Notes under the pieces: generated by a model | Told to the model about the DNA's origin: nothing | What the model saw: only the letters and a program-made list of their open reading frames with translations | Database searches by the model: none | Source: Pseudomonadota bacterium | Lineage (GTDB): Bacteria > Pseudomonadota > Alphaproteobacteria > Sphingomonadales > CAKZYD01 | Assembly (NCBI GenBank): GCA_049324415.1 | Contig: JBMOOS010000039.1 | Location: 20,363-84,362 of the forward strand | Length of the DNA stretch: 64,000 bases | Direction of reading: 5' to 3' | In this document: piece by piece, positions 24,425 through 35,228 of the stretch | Position numbering within the stretch: position 1 is the stretch's first letter | Layout of the letters: the number at the start of each line of letters is the position of its first letter | Translations under genes and position numbers: made by a program

Positions 24425-25144
24425 ATGCTGACGCCGGCAAGCCAAGGGACGATCCGGACGGTGGCGCTCGCCAAGACTTATGGCGCGGGTGCAAGTGCCG
24501 TCTATGCCTTGCGCGGGGTCGATCTTGCCATCGCCCAAGGCCAACTGGCGGTCATCCTTGGCCCCTCGGGCTCGGGCAAGTCGACGTTGCTCAATATCCT
24601 CGGCGGGCTTGACCGGCCAAGCGCTGGCCAGGTGTTTTTCCGCGACGAGGAGATCACCGCGCTCGATGATCGCGCGCTGACCCGCTTTCGCCGCGCCCAT
24701 GTCGGCTTCGTCTTCCAGTTCTACAACCTCATCCCGTCCTTGACGGCGTTGGAGAACGTCGCCCTGGTGACCGAGATCGCCGATGACCCGATGCCGCCGG
24801 AAGAAGCCCTTGACCTCGTCGGCCTTGGCCCGCGCACCCACCACTTTCCGGCGCAACTGTCGGGTGGCGAACAGCAGCGGGTCGCCATCGCCCGGGCGAT
24901 CGCCAAGCGCCCGACGCTGCTGTTGTGCGACGAGCCCACCGGCGCCCTTGATTCGCAGACCGGGGTCAAGGTGCTGAGCGCCATCGCCAAGGTCAATCAG
25001 GCGCTAGACACCACGACGCTGGTCATCACCCATAATGTCGCCATCGCCGACATGGCCGATCGCGTCCTTTTTTTCGCTGACGGCCGGCTGGTGAAGGAAA
25101 AGCGCAATGAGCAGCGCAAAGCTAGCGAGGAGATCGCCTGGTGA
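24425..25144 (+). CDS. ABC transporter ATP-binding protein (MacB/DevA/LolD type)
   Basis: Walker [10 protein letters not shown], signature [14 protein letters not shown], Walker B LLLCDEPT. Confidence 0.93.
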   Translation: MLTPASQGTIRTVALAKTYGAGASAVYALRGVDLAIAQGQLAVILGPSGSGKSTLLNILGGLDRPSAGQVFFRDEEITALDDRALTRFRRAHVGFVFQFYNLIPSLTALENVALVTEIADDPMPPEEALDLVGLGPRTHHFPAQLSGGEQQRVAIARAIAKRPTLLLCDEPTGALDSQTGVKVLSAIAKVNQALDTTTLVITHNVAIADMADRVLFFADGRLVKEKRNEQRKASEEIAW

Positions 25145-27543
25145 GCTGGAGAGCACGGCTTGACCGCCTGCTTGCGCCCCTCGCGCCGCTCGACCGCAAG
25201 CTGGCGCGCGATCTGTGGCACATTCGTGGTCAAGGCCTTGCCATCGCCGTCGTCATCGGCTGCGGGGTGGCGGTGTTCGTCATGTCGGTGGGAATGATCC
25301 GCTCGCTCGATCTGACCCGCGACACCTATTATGAGCGTTATCGCTTCGCCGACCTCTATGCCGCGGTGACCCGCGCCCCCTTACACCTTCTGTCACGACT
25401 TGCCGACCTCCCTGGAATGCGGGCGGTGGAAGGGCGCATTTCGGCAAACGCCATCGTCGATGTCCCGGGGATGGACGAGCCGGTCACTGGCCGGCTGCAC
25501 GCCCTGCCCATGCAGGGCGCGGCAAAGGTCAACGCCCTCGTCCTGCGGCAGGGACGCTGGCTCGATCCAACGCGCGCCCATGAGGTTCTGGTCAACCAAT
25601 CCTTCGCCGAGGCGCACGGCCTTCAGCCTGGCGATGGCTTGGCCGTCACCATGAAAGGCAAGAAGCAACGCCTCGCCATCGCCGGCCTCGTCCTCTCGCC
25701 GGAATATGTCTACGCCATCGCCCCAGGCCAGATCATTCCCGACAATCGCCGCTTTGCCGTCTTGTGGATGGGCTATGACCATCTTGCCGCCGCCTACGAT
25801 CTTGAAGGCGCTTTCAACGAGATGGTGGCAACGCTGGACCATGGGACAAGCGCCGCGCCGGTGATCGACGCGGTCGATCGGCTTCTCGCGCGTTATGGCG
25901 GCACCGGCGCCTATGTGCGGTCGGAGCAGATCTCGGAAAAATTCGTCGCCAACGAGATGGACCAGTTGCGCACCATGACCGCCATCCTGCCGCCCATTTT
26001 CCTGGGCGTCGCCGCTTTTCTCCTCAACGTGGTGCTGGCCCGCCTCATCGCGACCGAACGCGAGCAGATCGGCCTGTTAAAGGCCTTCGGCTATGCCAAC
26101 ACGGCGATCGTCTGGCATTACGCCAAAATGGTGCTGATCTTGACCAGTATCGGCATCCTATTGGGCTTTGCCGTCGGCGCCTGGCTGGGGCGAGGGTTGG
26201 CGCGGCTTTATACCGATTTTTTCGTCTTCCCTTTCCTGTTGTTCCGCGCTGGCGCCGATGTCTATGCGCTGGCCGCCCTCATCAGCCTCGCCGCGGCGCT
26301 AAGCGCTACCTTCGGCGCGGTTTTGCGCGCCGCCCGGCTTTCTCCGGCAACCGCCATGCAGCCGCCGGCGCCCGCCGACTATTCCGGCCGGCTGCTCAAC
26401 TGGCTGGCGCGGCCACGCTGGCTTAACGAGCCCAGCCGCATGATCCTGCGCCATGTTTTGCGCAAACCCATGCGCGCTGGCGTCACCGTCCTGGGCCTTG
26501 GCCTTGCATTGGGCCTCAGGATCGCGACCGACGCGACGCTCGATGACACCGACCGAATGATGGAGCTGATTTTCGACTATGGCGAGCGCCAGGACGCCAC
26601 CCTTCTCCTTGCCGAGCCGCGCAGCATCGCCGTGATGCATGATCTCCACCGCTTGCCGGGGGTGCGCGCCGCCGAGCCATTCCGCGCCGTTCCCGCCATC
26701 CTGCACTTTGGCGCCCGGGAACGGCGGCAAGGCTTGACCGGGGTTACGGAAGCGCCAAGCCTCAACCGCATGATCGACACCGCGACCCGGCCGGTGGCGC
26801 CGCCGTCTCATGGCCTGCTGCTGTCGCGCAGCCTTAGCCGCGAGTTGGGCGTCCGCACCGGCGATGTCGTGACGGTGCAGGTGACCGAAGGCGCGCGGCC
26901 CGTTGCCCAGCTTCGGGTGAGCGGCCTTGTCGACAGTTTCATCGGCACCCCCGCCTATATGGCGCTGGACGCGCTCAATCGCCTGATGCAGGACGGCGAG
27001 GTGATAAGCGGCGCCTATCTCCTCAACGACAGGGCGCAAAGGCCGGCGCTCTATCGCGCCATCAAGGAGACCCCGCAGGTCGCCGCCATCAGCTTCAAGG
27101 AAGCCTCGATCGCCATGTTCCAGCGCACGGTGGAGGAAAATATCGGCATCATGACCCTGTTCAACACCATTTTCGCCAGCCTCATCGTCGTCGGGGTGGT
27201 TTACAACAACGCCCGTATTTCCCTCTCGGAAAAGGCCCGCGACCTTGCGTCCTTGCGAGTACTGGGCTTCACCCGGGCCGAGGTTTCCGCCATTCTTCTC
27301 GGCGAGCTTGCCCTTTTGACGCTTTTGTCCCTTCCCCTAGGGATCGGCTTTGGCGTCGCTTTGTCCTGGTACATGGCCGAAGCCTTTTCCAACGATCTTT
27401 TCACCCTTCCTTTCGCGCTGACCAGCCGAACGGTGGCGATCGCCGTGATCACCGTTCTCCTGGCCGCCGTCGCCTCGGCCCTCATCGTGCGCCGCCGTGT
27501 CGATCGCCTTGACCTCATCGGCGTTCTCAAGACCAGGGAGTAG
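25141..27543 (+). CDS. ABC transporter permease with two FtsX-type domains
   Basis: 800 aa with two copies of the FtsX 4-TM module (..[11 protein letters not shown].. and ..[13 protein letters not shown]..), each preceded by a large periplasmic domain. 4-nt overlap with the ATPase gene. Confidence 0.88.
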   Translation: MSWRARLDRLLAPLAPLDRKLARDLWHIRGQGLAIAVVIGCGVAVFVMSVGMIRSLDLTRDTYYERYRFADLYAAVTRAPLHLLSRLADLPGMRAVEGRISANAIVDVPGMDEPVTGRLHALPMQGAAKVNALVLRQGRWLDPTRAHEVLVNQSFAEAHGLQPGDGLAVTMKGKKQRLAIAGLVLSPEYVYAIAPGQIIPDNRRFAVLWMGYDHLAAAYDLEGAFNEMVATLDHGTSAAPVIDAVDRLLARYGGTGAYVRSEQISEKFVANEMDQLRTMTAILPPIFLGVAAFLLNVVLARLIATEREQIGLLKAFGYANTAIVWHYAKMVLILTSIGILLGFAVGAWLGRGLARLYTDFFVFPFLLFRAGADVYALAALISLAAALSATFGAVLRAARLSPATAMQPPAPADYSGRLLNWLARPRWLNEPSRMILRHVLRKPMRAGVTVLGLGLALGLRIATDATLDDTDRMMELIFDYGERQDATLLLAEPRSIAVMHDLHRLPGVRAAEPFRAVPAILHFGARERRQGLTGVTEAPSLNRMIDTATRPVAPPSHGLLLSRSLSRELGVRTGDVVTVQVTEGARPVAQLRVSGLVDSFIGTPAYMALDALNRLMQDGEVISGAYLLNDRAQRPALYRAIKETPQVAAISFKEASIAMFQRTVEENIGIMTLFNTIFASLIVVGVVYNNARISLSEKARDLASLRVLGFTRAEVSAILLGELALLTLLSLPLGIGFGVALSWYMAEAFSNDLFTLPFALTSRTVAIAVITVLLAAVASALIVRRRVDRLDLIGVLKTRE

Positions 27544-27548
27544 GCGTC

Positions 27549-28778
27549 ATGGCCGCGGCCGACAAGCATCGCTGGACCCGCCGCCTGCTCTTTGCCGCCG
27601 TGGGGCTCAGCCTTGCGCTGGCGCTTATCCTTGCCTTAAGGCCATCGCCGGTTGCCGTCGATTCTGCAAGCGTGACGCGGGGCGCCCTGGTGGTGACCAT
27701 CGACGAGGAGGGCAAGACCCGGGTGCGCGATGTCTATCGCGTCGCAGCGCCAGTCACCGGGCACCTCCTGCGCATTAGCTGGGAAGTGGGCGACCCGGTG
27801 GTTGCCGGCGCCACCGTACTTGCCCACCTGCAGCCCGTTTCCCCCGGCTTTCTCGACCTGCGCAACCAGCGCCAGGCCGAAGCCGAGATGGCGGCGGCGG
27901 CGGCGGCGCTGCGCCAAGCGCAGGCTGAGCTGCAACGCGCCCTGGCGGAGCGTGATTACGCGGCAAGCGAATTTGCCCGAGCAAATCGCCTTGTCGAGAC
28001 GGGAACCGCGGCACCTGCTACCCTCGACCGCGCCCGCGCCGCGCTTGACGCCGCCCGCGCCAGCGTCTCAAGCGCCCAAGCCGCCATCGATGTCGCCGCC
28101 TACAAGCGTGAGGCCGCTAAGGCCGGTCTGATCGCGCCATATCTTGCCGCAGGGGAAGGGCCCGAAGCGCCTTGCTGCGCCCTTGCCCTTCACGCCCCGA
28201 TCAATGGCGTGATCTTGCGCCTTTGGGAGGAAAGCGAGACGGTGGTGCCAGCGGGTGCGGCGCTGGTGGAGGTGGGCGATGCGCAAGACTTGGAAGTCGT
28301 GGTCGAGCTCTTGTCGCGCGATGCCGTGCGCATCGCGCCCGGCGCGGCGGTTGAGGTCATAGACTGGGGCGGCAAGGAGACGCTGGCCGGCGTCGTGCGC
28401 CAGGTTGAGCCTTTTGGCTACACCAAGGTCTCCGCCCTTGGCGTCGAGGAGCAGCGAGTAAATGTAATCATCGACTTTACCGGCCCGCCCGAAGCCCGCG
28501 CCGCCCTTGGCCATGGTTATCGCATCGAGGCGCGGATCGCCGTCTGGCGTGGAGAGGACGTCGTCAAGGTCAACGAGGCGGCGCTGTTTCGCGCTGGCGA
28601 TGACTGGGCGGTCTATGCCCTGGTGGAAGGCCGCGCCCGCCTGCGCCTGGTCAAGGTGGGGGAGCGCAACGGGCGCGAGGCGCAGCTTCTTGGCGGTCTG
28701 GAGGCCGGCGACAGGGTGGTGCTCTATCCCGGGGAAAAGGTGGAGGACGGCGCGCGCCTCAAAGCGCGGCCGCGCTAA
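27549..28778 (+). CDS. HlyD-family periplasmic adaptor subunit
   Basis: N-terminal TM anchor, a coiled-coil hairpin rich in A/Q/R/E and a beta-barrel C-terminus. Follows the ABC genes. Confidence 0.85.
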   Translation: MAAADKHRWTRRLLFAAVGLSLALALILALRPSPVAVDSASVTRGALVVTIDEEGKTRVRDVYRVAAPVTGHLLRISWEVGDPVVAGATVLAHLQPVSPGFLDLRNQRQAEAEMAAAAAALRQAQAELQRALAERDYAASEFARANRLVETGTAAPATLDRARAALDAARASVSSAQAAIDVAAYKREAAKAGLIAPYLAAGEGPEAPCCALALHAPINGVILRLWEESETVVPAGAALVEVGDAQDLEVVVELLSRDAVRIAPGAAVEVIDWGGKETLAGVVRQVEPFGYTKVSALGVEEQRVNVIIDFTGPPEARAALGHGYRIEARIAVWRGEDVVKVNEAALFRAGDDWAVYALVEGRARLRLVKVGERNGREAQLLGGLEAGDRVVLYPGEKVEDGARLKARPR

Positions 28779-30103
28779 TCCTTGGGCTTGTCGCCGGCGG
28801 CGCGCCACCAGTCCTGCAGGCGTTGCAGCGTTTCCTGGCTGACGTGGAGGTCGCGCTGCGGGAAGGGAAATTCGATGCCGTTCTCGTGGAACAAGTCCCA
28901 GATCTGCAACAGGACATCGGACGAGACATTGGCGACGCCGTTATAGGGGTCGTCGATCCAGAAGCGCAGCTCAAGATCGACGCCGTCGGCACCAAAGCCC
29001 TTGAGCAGCGCCTTGGGCGCCGGGCTCTTCAGCACCCGCTCGATCTTCATGGCGGCCTCGGTCATCAGCTCCATGGCCTTCTTGATATCGCAGCTATAGG
29101 CCACCTGCACCGGCAGCCGGCGGCGCACGTTGCGGTCGGAATGGGACCAGTTGATCACCGCCTGGGTGACCATGTCCTCGTTGGGGATGAGATATTCGAC
29201 GCCGTCGCGCGTCACCACCGAGGTATAGCGCGCCGCCAGCTTGTTGATCCAGCCATAGGTGCCCTGGGCCTCGATGACGTCGCCCGGCTTGATCGAGCGG
29301 TCGAGCAGCAGGATGATGCCAGAAACGAAGTTCGACACCACCTTCTGGAGGCCGAAACCGAGGCCGACGCCAAGCGCCCCGGAAAAGACGGCAAGCGCAG
29401 TGAGGTCGATGCCGGCCGAGGACAGGGCGATGAGCACGGCGATGGAGAGCAAGAGGATGCGCACCATCTTGCCGAACAGCACCTGCAATGAGGGGTTGAG
29501 GGCCTGCGCCCGCTTCAGGCTTTGCTCCGTCGCGCTGGCGAGAAGCTGAGCGCCCCAGATGAGAAGGATCGCGGTGAGGGCGCCCGAGAGAATGCCATAG
29601 GCGGTGATCTGGGACCCGCCCAACTGGAAGCCGATGGCTTTCAGCCGGTCTATCAGCGGATCGAGCCAGTCGAGGATGTTGAGGGCGGCGATCGCCCAGG
29701 CGGTGAGCGCAAAGGCGCGCGCCAGCGCCCGGTTGCGGATGAAGTTGGACGCGAAGCGAATGATGATCCAGGCGGCAAGCAGGCTGGACGCGACCACAAG
29801 AAGGCCGGTCTGCACGCCCAAGGGGCGCAGCGCCATGATGGCGAGGCGCAACAGGATGAGGGCGGCCACCGGGCGGCTCAAGCTGGTGATGAAGGGGGCA
29901 ACGCGGCGCCAGGCGTCCCACCGCCCGAGGGCGCTGTTGCACCAGCGGTCGATCCGCCGGCCAAGCCAGCCGCTGGCCAGCGCCGCAAGGGCGATGAGAG
30001 CGCCTTGGGTGGCGATGTCCGCGGTCCACACTTCCGCCTTGAACCAAGCGAAAAGCTGATCGCTCCACAGGAGCCATTGCTCACGGTCAAAAAATTGCGC
30101 CAT
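28775..30103 (-). CDS. mechanosensitive ion channel family protein (MscS-like)
   Basis: Multiple N-terminal TM helices and the MscS core (VVSNFVSGIILLLDRSIKPGDVIE, ...NWSHSD). Confidence 0.88.
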   Translation of the reverse strand: MAQFFDREQWLLWSDQLFAWFKAEVWTADIATQGALIALAALASGWLGRRIDRWCNSALGRWDAWRRVAPFITSLSRPVAALILLRLAIMALRPLGVQTGLLVVASSLLAAWIIIRFASNFIRNRALARAFALTAWAIAALNILDWLDPLIDRLKAIGFQLGGSQITAYGILSGALTAILLIWGAQLLASATEQSLKRAQALNPSLQVLFGKMVRILLLSIAVLIALSSAGIDLTALAVFSGALGVGLGFGLQKVVSNFVSGIILLLDRSIKPGDVIEAQGTYGWINKLAARYTSVVTRDGVEYLIPNEDMVTQAVINWSHSDRNVRRRLPVQVAYSCDIKKAMELMTEAAMKIERVLKSPAPKALLKGFGADGVDLELRFWIDDPYNGVANVSSDVLLQIWDLFHENGIEFPFPQRDLHVSQETLQRLQDWWRAAGDKPKD

Positions 30104-30112
30104 GGCGCAAGA

Positions 30113-30565
30113 TTAGCGTCGGCTGTGGAAAAAGTCTCTTAAAAGCTTGGCCGCCCGCGCCTCGCCAATTCCGGGATAAAGCTCAGGTTTATGGTGGCAG
30201 GTGGGGTGGGCGAAAACCCGCGGCCCATGGGCGACGCCGCCGCCTTTGGGATCGTCGGCGCCATAATAGAGCCGGGCGATCCGGGCAAAGGATATCGCCG
30301 CCGCGCACATCGGGCACGGCTCCAGGGTGACGTAAAGGTCGCAGCCGGCAAGCCGCTCGCTCAAAAGGACCTGGCAGGCGGCGCGGATGGCGAGCAGCTC
30401 GGCATGCGCGGTGGGGTCGCGCTCCGCCACCACCCGATTGCCGGCGCGCGCGACAACCTCGCCGTCGCGGACGATGACGGCGCCCACCGGCACCTCGCCG
30501 CGCTGCGCCGCGGCTTGGGCTTCGGCGAGGGCAAGCGCCATGAAGGGATTGGCCTTGGCGTTCAT
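30113..30565 (-). CDS. tadA: tRNA adenosine(34) deaminase
   Basis: Zinc-binding deaminase motifs HAELLAI and PCPMCAAA. Confidence 0.93.
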   Translation of the reverse strand: MNAKANPFMALALAEAQAAAQRGEVPVGAVIVRDGEVVARAGNRVVAERDPTAHAELLAIRAACQVLLSERLAGCDLYVTLEPCPMCAAAISFARIARLYYGADDPKGGGVAHGPRVFAHPTCHHKPELYPGIGEARAAKLLRDFFHSRR

Positions 30566-30646
30566 GGGGAAAACTCCTGTCAGTGCCCGGGCCGGCGGTC
30601 AAGCAGCAATTGTCGCGCGCGCATCATCGGCTTATGGTGCTGGGCC

Positions 30647-31492
30647 ATGAGCCAGGAACCAGACCCACCCCAGACAGGCGAGCGCATCGCCAAGCTGCTC
30701 GCCCGCGCCGGCGTCGGCTCACGGCGGGCGGTGGAGCTGATGATCAGCGAAGGCCGCGTCCACCACCGCGGCACGCCGGTGACGACGCCCGCGACCCTAC
30801 TGACAGCGCTCGAGGGCATCACCGTCGATGGCAAGCCGGTGGCGGCGGTGGCGCCGCCGCGGCTATGGCGCTTCCACAAGCCGCGCGGGGTCATCACCAC
30901 GCACAAGGACCCGCAAGGACGGCGCACCGTCTTCGATCTCTTGCCGCCGGGAGCCGGCCGCCTCATTTCGGTGGGCCGGCTCGACCTCAACAGCGAAGGG
31001 CTGCTGCTGCTTACCAATGACGGCGCGCTCGCCCGCCATCTGGAGCACCCGGCGACCGGGCTGGCGCGGCGCTATCGGGTGCGCGTCCATGGCGAGGTCG
31101 ATGAAGCCCGGCTTGGCGCGCTCATCGAAGGCATCACCGTCGAAGGCGTGCGCTACGGCCCCATCACGGCAAGCCTGGAGCGCGCCCAAGGAAGCAATGC
31201 CTGGCTTATCGTCACCTTGCACGAAGGCAAGAACCGCGAGATCCGCAAGGTCCTCGCCGCCCTTGGCCTCATGGTGACGCGGCTGATCCGCATCGCTTAC
31301 GGCCCCTTCGGGCTTGGCCAATTGGCGCCGGGGGAAATGAAGCCGGTTCCGCCCAATGATTGGGCACCCCTGGCGCGGCCCATCGCCGGGGCCCTCGCCG
31401 GCGCTTCGGACGCAACCCTCAGCGCCCGCCCCAAGGGCTGGGCCAAGCCCAAGCCGCGCCGGCGAGGGCGTAAAAGTCGGCAGGGCGGCTGA
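30647..31492 (+). CDS. pseudouridine synthase (RluB/RsuA family)
   Basis: S4 domain (RIAKLLARAGVGSRR) and catalytic motif GRLDLNSEGLLLLTNDG. Track ORF trimmed by 152 antisense-derived codons. Confidence 0.9.
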   Translation: MSQEPDPPQTGERIAKLLARAGVGSRRAVELMISEGRVHHRGTPVTTPATLLTALEGITVDGKPVAAVAPPRLWRFHKPRGVITTHKDPQGRRTVFDLLPPGAGRLISVGRLDLNSEGLLLLTNDGALARHLEHPATGLARRYRVRVHGEVDEARLGALIEGITVEGVRYGPITASLERAQGSNAWLIVTLHEGKNREIRKVLAALGLMVTRLIRIAYGPFGLGQLAPGEMKPVPPNDWAPLARPIAGALAGASDATLSARPKGWAKPKPRRRGRKSRQGG

Positions 31493-32040
31493 TGCGCATC
31501 ATCGCGGGGCGGTTTCGCGGCCGGCGCTTGCAGGCCCCCGCCGGGGTGGGCACCCGCCCCAGCAGCGACCGGCTGCGCGAGGCGCTGTTCAACCTTTTGG
31601 CCCACCGCCCCGGCCCACCCTTGGAAAACGCGCTTATTGGCGATTTTTTCGCCGGCACCGGGGCGTTGGGGCTCGAGGCCTTGTCCCGCGGCGCCCGCCA
31701 TGCCTTCTTTGTCGAGCCGGCGCGCCAAGCGCTTGCCGCCTTGCGCGCCAACATCGCCCGCCTCGGGGTTGGCGGGCAAAGCACCGTTCATGCCATTGAC
31801 GCGCGGCGGCTGCCGCCAGCGGCGCAAGCGCTGGATTTTCTGTTCCTCGACCCGCCTTATGGCCAGGGGCTGGCGCTGCCCGCGCTGGAGCGGGCCATGG
31901 CCCAAGGCTGGCTTAAAAGCGGCAGCCTTATCATCGTCGAGGCCGGGCGCGATGAAGCGCTCGACTGGCCCGCAGCCTGGCGCCTTCTCGACCGGCGGGT
32001 CTACGGCCAAGGCGTGGTTTACCTCGTACACAACTTTTAA
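31492..32040 (+). CDS. rsmD: 16S rRNA (guanine(966)-N(2))-methyltransferase
   Basis: MRIIAG.FRGR.L, DFFAGTGALGLEALSRGA and FLDPPY. Confidence 0.92.
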   Translation: MRIIAGRFRGRRLQAPAGVGTRPSSDRLREALFNLLAHRPGPPLENALIGDFFAGTGALGLEALSRGARHAFFVEPARQALAALRANIARLGVGGQSTVHAIDARRLPPAAQALDFLFLDPPYGQGLALPALERAMAQGWLKSGSLIIVEAGRDEALDWPAAWRLLDRRVYGQGVVYLVHNF

Positions 32041-32148
32041 TTGTAATTTATAACTATATTTTTGTTTATGGTTGCATTTTCGAGGTAATTTTGCCATCAT
32101 CTACCTTAAGTAGAAAAACTATAACATGATACGATCATTAGGAAATAT
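32041..32148. promoter_or_regulatory. strongly AT-rich intergenic island (probable promoter/operator region)
   Basis: About 110 bp of AT-rich sequence (taattgtaatttataactatatttttgtttatggttgcattttcg...) in an otherwise GC-rich context. Contains TTGCAT/CATCAT- and TTGTAA-type hexamers and an ATGAT-N3-ATCAT inverted repeat. Confidence 0.4.
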
Positions 32149-32343
32149 ATGACCATTGCCAGCCCACCCCCCTCGACACGCGACGCGATCCGCTTGTGCC
32201 TCGCGCAGCTGCTCGACGACTGCCTGCATGCCGGCTTCCACGTGACGGCCCTCCATATTCGGCTCGCCATCATGGAGCTTGACGACTTTATCGAAGACCC
32301 GGCGTCGCGCGATGGAGAAAAGCCCAAGCGCAATGTCGCCTAG
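32149..32343 (+). CDS. hypothetical small protein (64 aa, helical, acidic)
   Basis: ORF with an AGGAAA SD-like sequence upstream and GC-rich third positions, unlike its AT-rich leader. I recognise no family. Confidence 0.4.
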   Translation: MTIASPPPSTRDAIRLCLAQLLDDCLHAGFHVTALHIRLAIMELDDFIEDPASRDGEKPKRNVA

Positions 32344-32379
32344 CGGGCCTTGGGCTTGGGTTGATCGACTTTTTTTGAG

Positions 32380-34188
32380 CTAACGGCGGCCGAACAGGCG
32401 CTCGATATCGGCGAGCTTTAACTCCACATAAGTGGGCCGGCCGTGATTGCACTGGCCGCTATGGGGGGTGGCCTCCATGTCGCGCAGCAGCGCGTTCATC
32501 TCCTCCGCCGTCAAGCGCCGGCCAGCGCGGATGCTGCCATGACAGGCCATGGTGGCGCACACCGCTTCCAGCCGTTCCTTGAGCGACAGCGTTTCCTCAA
32601 GGTCCGCCAGATCGTCGGCAAGGTCGCGCACCAAGCGGGCGCAATCGGCGCGCCCCAGCAAGGCCGGCGTTTCGCGCACGAGGACGGCGTCCTCGCCAAA
32701 GGGCTCCAGCGCCAGGCCCAGCTCCTTGAGCTCGTCGGCGCGCGCGCAAAGCCGGGCGGCGGCGGCGTTATCCAGCTCCACCACCTCGGGCAAGAGGAGG
32801 AGCTGGCGCGCGACGCCGCCCTCGTTAAGCGCTGCCTTCATCCGTTCATAGACGAGCCGCTCATGGGCGGCGTGCTGGTCGACGAGGACGATGCCGTCGC
32901 GGGTCTGGGCGATGATATAGGTCTCATGAAGCTGGCCGCGGGCGGCGCCCAGGGGAAAGGCCTCGGCCGTCTCCTCGGGCGCGGCGGCGAGAAGGGCGTG
33001 CGGCGCCGCCGGCCGTTCCTGGGTCAAGCCCAGCTCGGCTTGGGGGCCGGCATGGTAGCGCCGCGTCCATTCGGCAACCCCCGGCGGCAACGGCTGCGCC
33101 TTGCCCGGCCGCCCAGCGTAAGTCCCACCCGCGGGTTGCATGCGCCCCAGGGCCGCCGCCGCGACGGTGGTCGCGGCGCGGTGGCCGGCCTCGGCCAGGG
33201 CATGGCGCAAGCCGCTGACGATGAGCCCGCGCACCAGCCCGGGGTCGGCAAAGCGCACCTCCGCCTTGGCCGGGTGGACGTTGACGTCGACCACCTCCGG
33301 CGGCACTTCGAGGAACAAGGCGACCACCGGATGGCGATCGCGGGCCAAAACGTCGGCATAGGCGCCGCGCACCGCGCCCACCAGCAGCCGGTCGCGCACC
33401 GGCCGGCCGTTGACGAACAGATATTGATGCTGCGCCGTCCCCCGGTGATAGGTGGGAAGCCCGGCAAGCCCCGTAAGGCGCAAGGCCTCGCGCGTAGCCT
33501 CGATGGCGAGGGCGTTGTCGGCGAAATCGCGCCCCAGCACGCCAGCGAGGCGGGCGGCCCGGGCGGCGGCTGGTGAGGCCCCGGGCGCGAGCGCCTCGGC
33601 GTGGAACGCGGCGCGGTTATCGACGGTCACTTGAAAGGCGATGCCGGGATGGGCCATCGCCAGGCGTTTCACCGCGTCCAGCGCGGCGGCCTGCTCGCTG
33701 CGCGCGGATTTAAGGAATTTGCGCCGCGCCGGGGTGGCGTAGAACAAGTCTTCGACCACCACCTGCGTGCCCTTGCCGCCGGCGGCCGGCCCGGCGGCGA
33801 CTTGGCGCCCGCCCTCGACGCGGATGTACCAGGCGCTGTCGGCGCCGGCGACCCGGCTGGTGATGTCAAGGCGCGCGACCGAGGCGATGGAGGGCAAGGC
33901 CTCGCCGCGAAAGCCAAGGCTGGCGATATGGGTTAAATCATCGTCCGGCAGCTTCGAGGTGGCATGGCGCTCCAACGCGAGGGCCATCTCCGCCGCGCTC
34001 ATGCCCATGCCATCATCGCTGACGCACAGCCGCCCGACCCCGCCATCTTCAAGCGCGATGTCGATGCGCTGGGCGCCGGCGTCGATGGCGTTTTCCACCA
34101 GTTCCTTCAAGGCGCTGGCGGGGCGTTCCACCACCTCGCCGGCGGCGATCTGGTTGACGATGGTGTCGGGCAGGCGGCGAATGGGCAT
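32380..34188 (-). CDS. mutL: DNA mismatch repair endonuclease MutL
   Basis: GHKL ATPase N-terminus ([32 protein letters not shown]) and C-terminal dimerisation/endonuclease domain (..CNHGRPT..). Confidence 0.96.
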   Translation of the reverse strand: MPIRRLPDTIVNQIAAGEVVERPASALKELVENAIDAGAQRIDIALEDGGVGRLCVSDDGMGMSAAEMALALERHATSKLPDDDLTHIASLGFRGEALPSIASVARLDITSRVAGADSAWYIRVEGGRQVAAGPAAGGKGTQVVVEDLFYATPARRKFLKSARSEQAAALDAVKRLAMAHPGIAFQVTVDNRAAFHAEALAPGASPAAARAARLAGVLGRDFADNALAIEATREALRLTGLAGLPTYHRGTAQHQYLFVNGRPVRDRLLVGAVRGAYADVLARDRHPVVALFLEVPPEVVDVNVHPAKAEVRFADPGLVRGLIVSGLRHALAEAGHRAATTVAAAALGRMQPAGGTYAGRPGKAQPLPPGVAEWTRRYHAGPQAELGLTQERPAAPHALLAAAPEETAEAFPLGAARGQLHETYIIAQTRDGIVLVDQHAAHERLVYERMKAALNEGGVARQLLLLPEVVELDNAAAARLCARADELKELGLALEPFGEDAVLVRETPALLGRADCARLVRDLADDLADLEETLSLKERLEAVCATMACHGSIRAGRRLTAEEMNALLRDMEATPHSGQCNHGRPTYVELKLADIERLFGRR

Positions 34189-34254
34189 GGCCGCGTTTTA
34201 GCATAGCATGGCGAGCGCGCCCACTGCCCGAAGGTATTTTCTTATTAAGGAGAC

Positions 34255-34728
34255 CTATTGCGGCGGCGCCAGGGGAGCCGAGCTCATATGCTCGATGCTG
34301 GTGGCGGTGGAATCGACCAGGCCGTCGGAGGTATCGAGGATTTCGCGCAGGAAGACCCCCTTGTCGGCGACCAGGGTCGCCGGTTGCGAGACTTGCGAGC
34401 GCACGCTGGCGTCCACCTCGTTGGCCCCCGCCTGGGAAAGAAGCGCGCGCTCGCCGGCGCTTTTGGGCGGCAGGCTGGTGCGCCCCGGGAAAAGGGCGGC
34501 GATGGCTTGCGCCTGACTGTCCAATTCCTTGGCCTGCTTTTCCCCTGGGCGGGGGGGGCGCAAACTATAGTCCGGCGGCATGATCAGCGGCTTGCCGGGG
34601 ACCACGGCGAATTCATCGGGCGCTTTCTTGGTCATCCCCAAGCTTTCGCGCATGCTGGAGCAGGCACCCAAAAGCAGCGCCGAAAGGGCAAGGGCCGCGC
34701 CCGCCGTTCCCATCCGCCTTGCCATCAC
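34255..34728 (-). CDS. DUF3035 domain-containing lipoprotein
   Basis: Lipobox LLGAC, then KKAPDEFAVV...PL.MPPDY.LRPP, which I recall as DUF3035. Confidence 0.7.
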   Translation of the reverse strand: MMARRMGTAGAALALSALLLGACSSMRESLGMTKKAPDEFAVVPGKPLIMPPDYSLRPPRPGEKQAKELDSQAQAIAALFPGRTSLPPKSAGERALLSQAGANEVDASVRSQVSQPATLVADKGVFLREILDTSDGLVDSTATSIEHMSSAPLAPPQ

Positions 34729-35228
34729 GCATCCCCTTTGGTCGTTGTCACGCTCTGCTCTTCACTTTTGCTTCCCGGCTTCAGCATCGCTTCAACAAGC
34801 AACAGCCCGACCCCTATGGTAATCGCGCTGTCGGCAATGTTGAACACATAAAAATCATGGCCCCAGCCATGGAGGTGGACAAAATCCGCCACCGCACCGA
34901 AGCGGATGCGGTCGACGATGTTGCCGATGGCCCCGCCGATGACGAGACCAAGGCCAAAACGCAGCATGCCCTGCCTCGCCGTGCGCAGCCAGAACAGCAA
35001 CAACATCGTTACGGCGAGGGTCACGCCCACCAGCAGCCAGCGCGCGCCATCGCTGCCCGCCTGCATGAGGCCAAGGCTGATGCCGCGATTCCACACCATG
35101 GTGAGGGAGAAAAACGGCAGGATTTCGACGCTGCCCTTGGCCGGGAGGTCATAAACGGCCAAAATCCAATATTTGCTGAGCTGGTCGAGGACCAGCACCA
35201 CAGCGGCAAGGCTTAGCCCTAAGCGCAT
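34725..35228 (-). CDS. lspA: signal peptidase II
   Basis: DQLSK, WNRGISLG and FNIADSAI motifs. Start overlaps the ileS stop (TGATG). Classic ileS-lspA linkage. Confidence 0.93.
   Translation of the reverse strand: MRLGLSLAAVVLVLDQLSKYWILAVYDLPAKGSVEILPFFSLTMVWNRGISLGLMQAGSDGARWLLVGVTLAVTMLLLFWLRTARQGMLRFGLGLVIGGAIGNIVDRIRFGAVADFVHLHGWGHDFYVFNIADSAITIGVGLLLVEAMLKPGSKSEEQSVTTTKGDA

Noticed and set aside
24425-28778. The ABC ATPase / double-FtsX permease / HlyD trio, considered as a possible novel export or immunity system.
   Set aside because: The architecture and motifs are those of ordinary DevABC/MacAB-type tripartite exporters. I see no adjacent peptide, modification or regulator gene.
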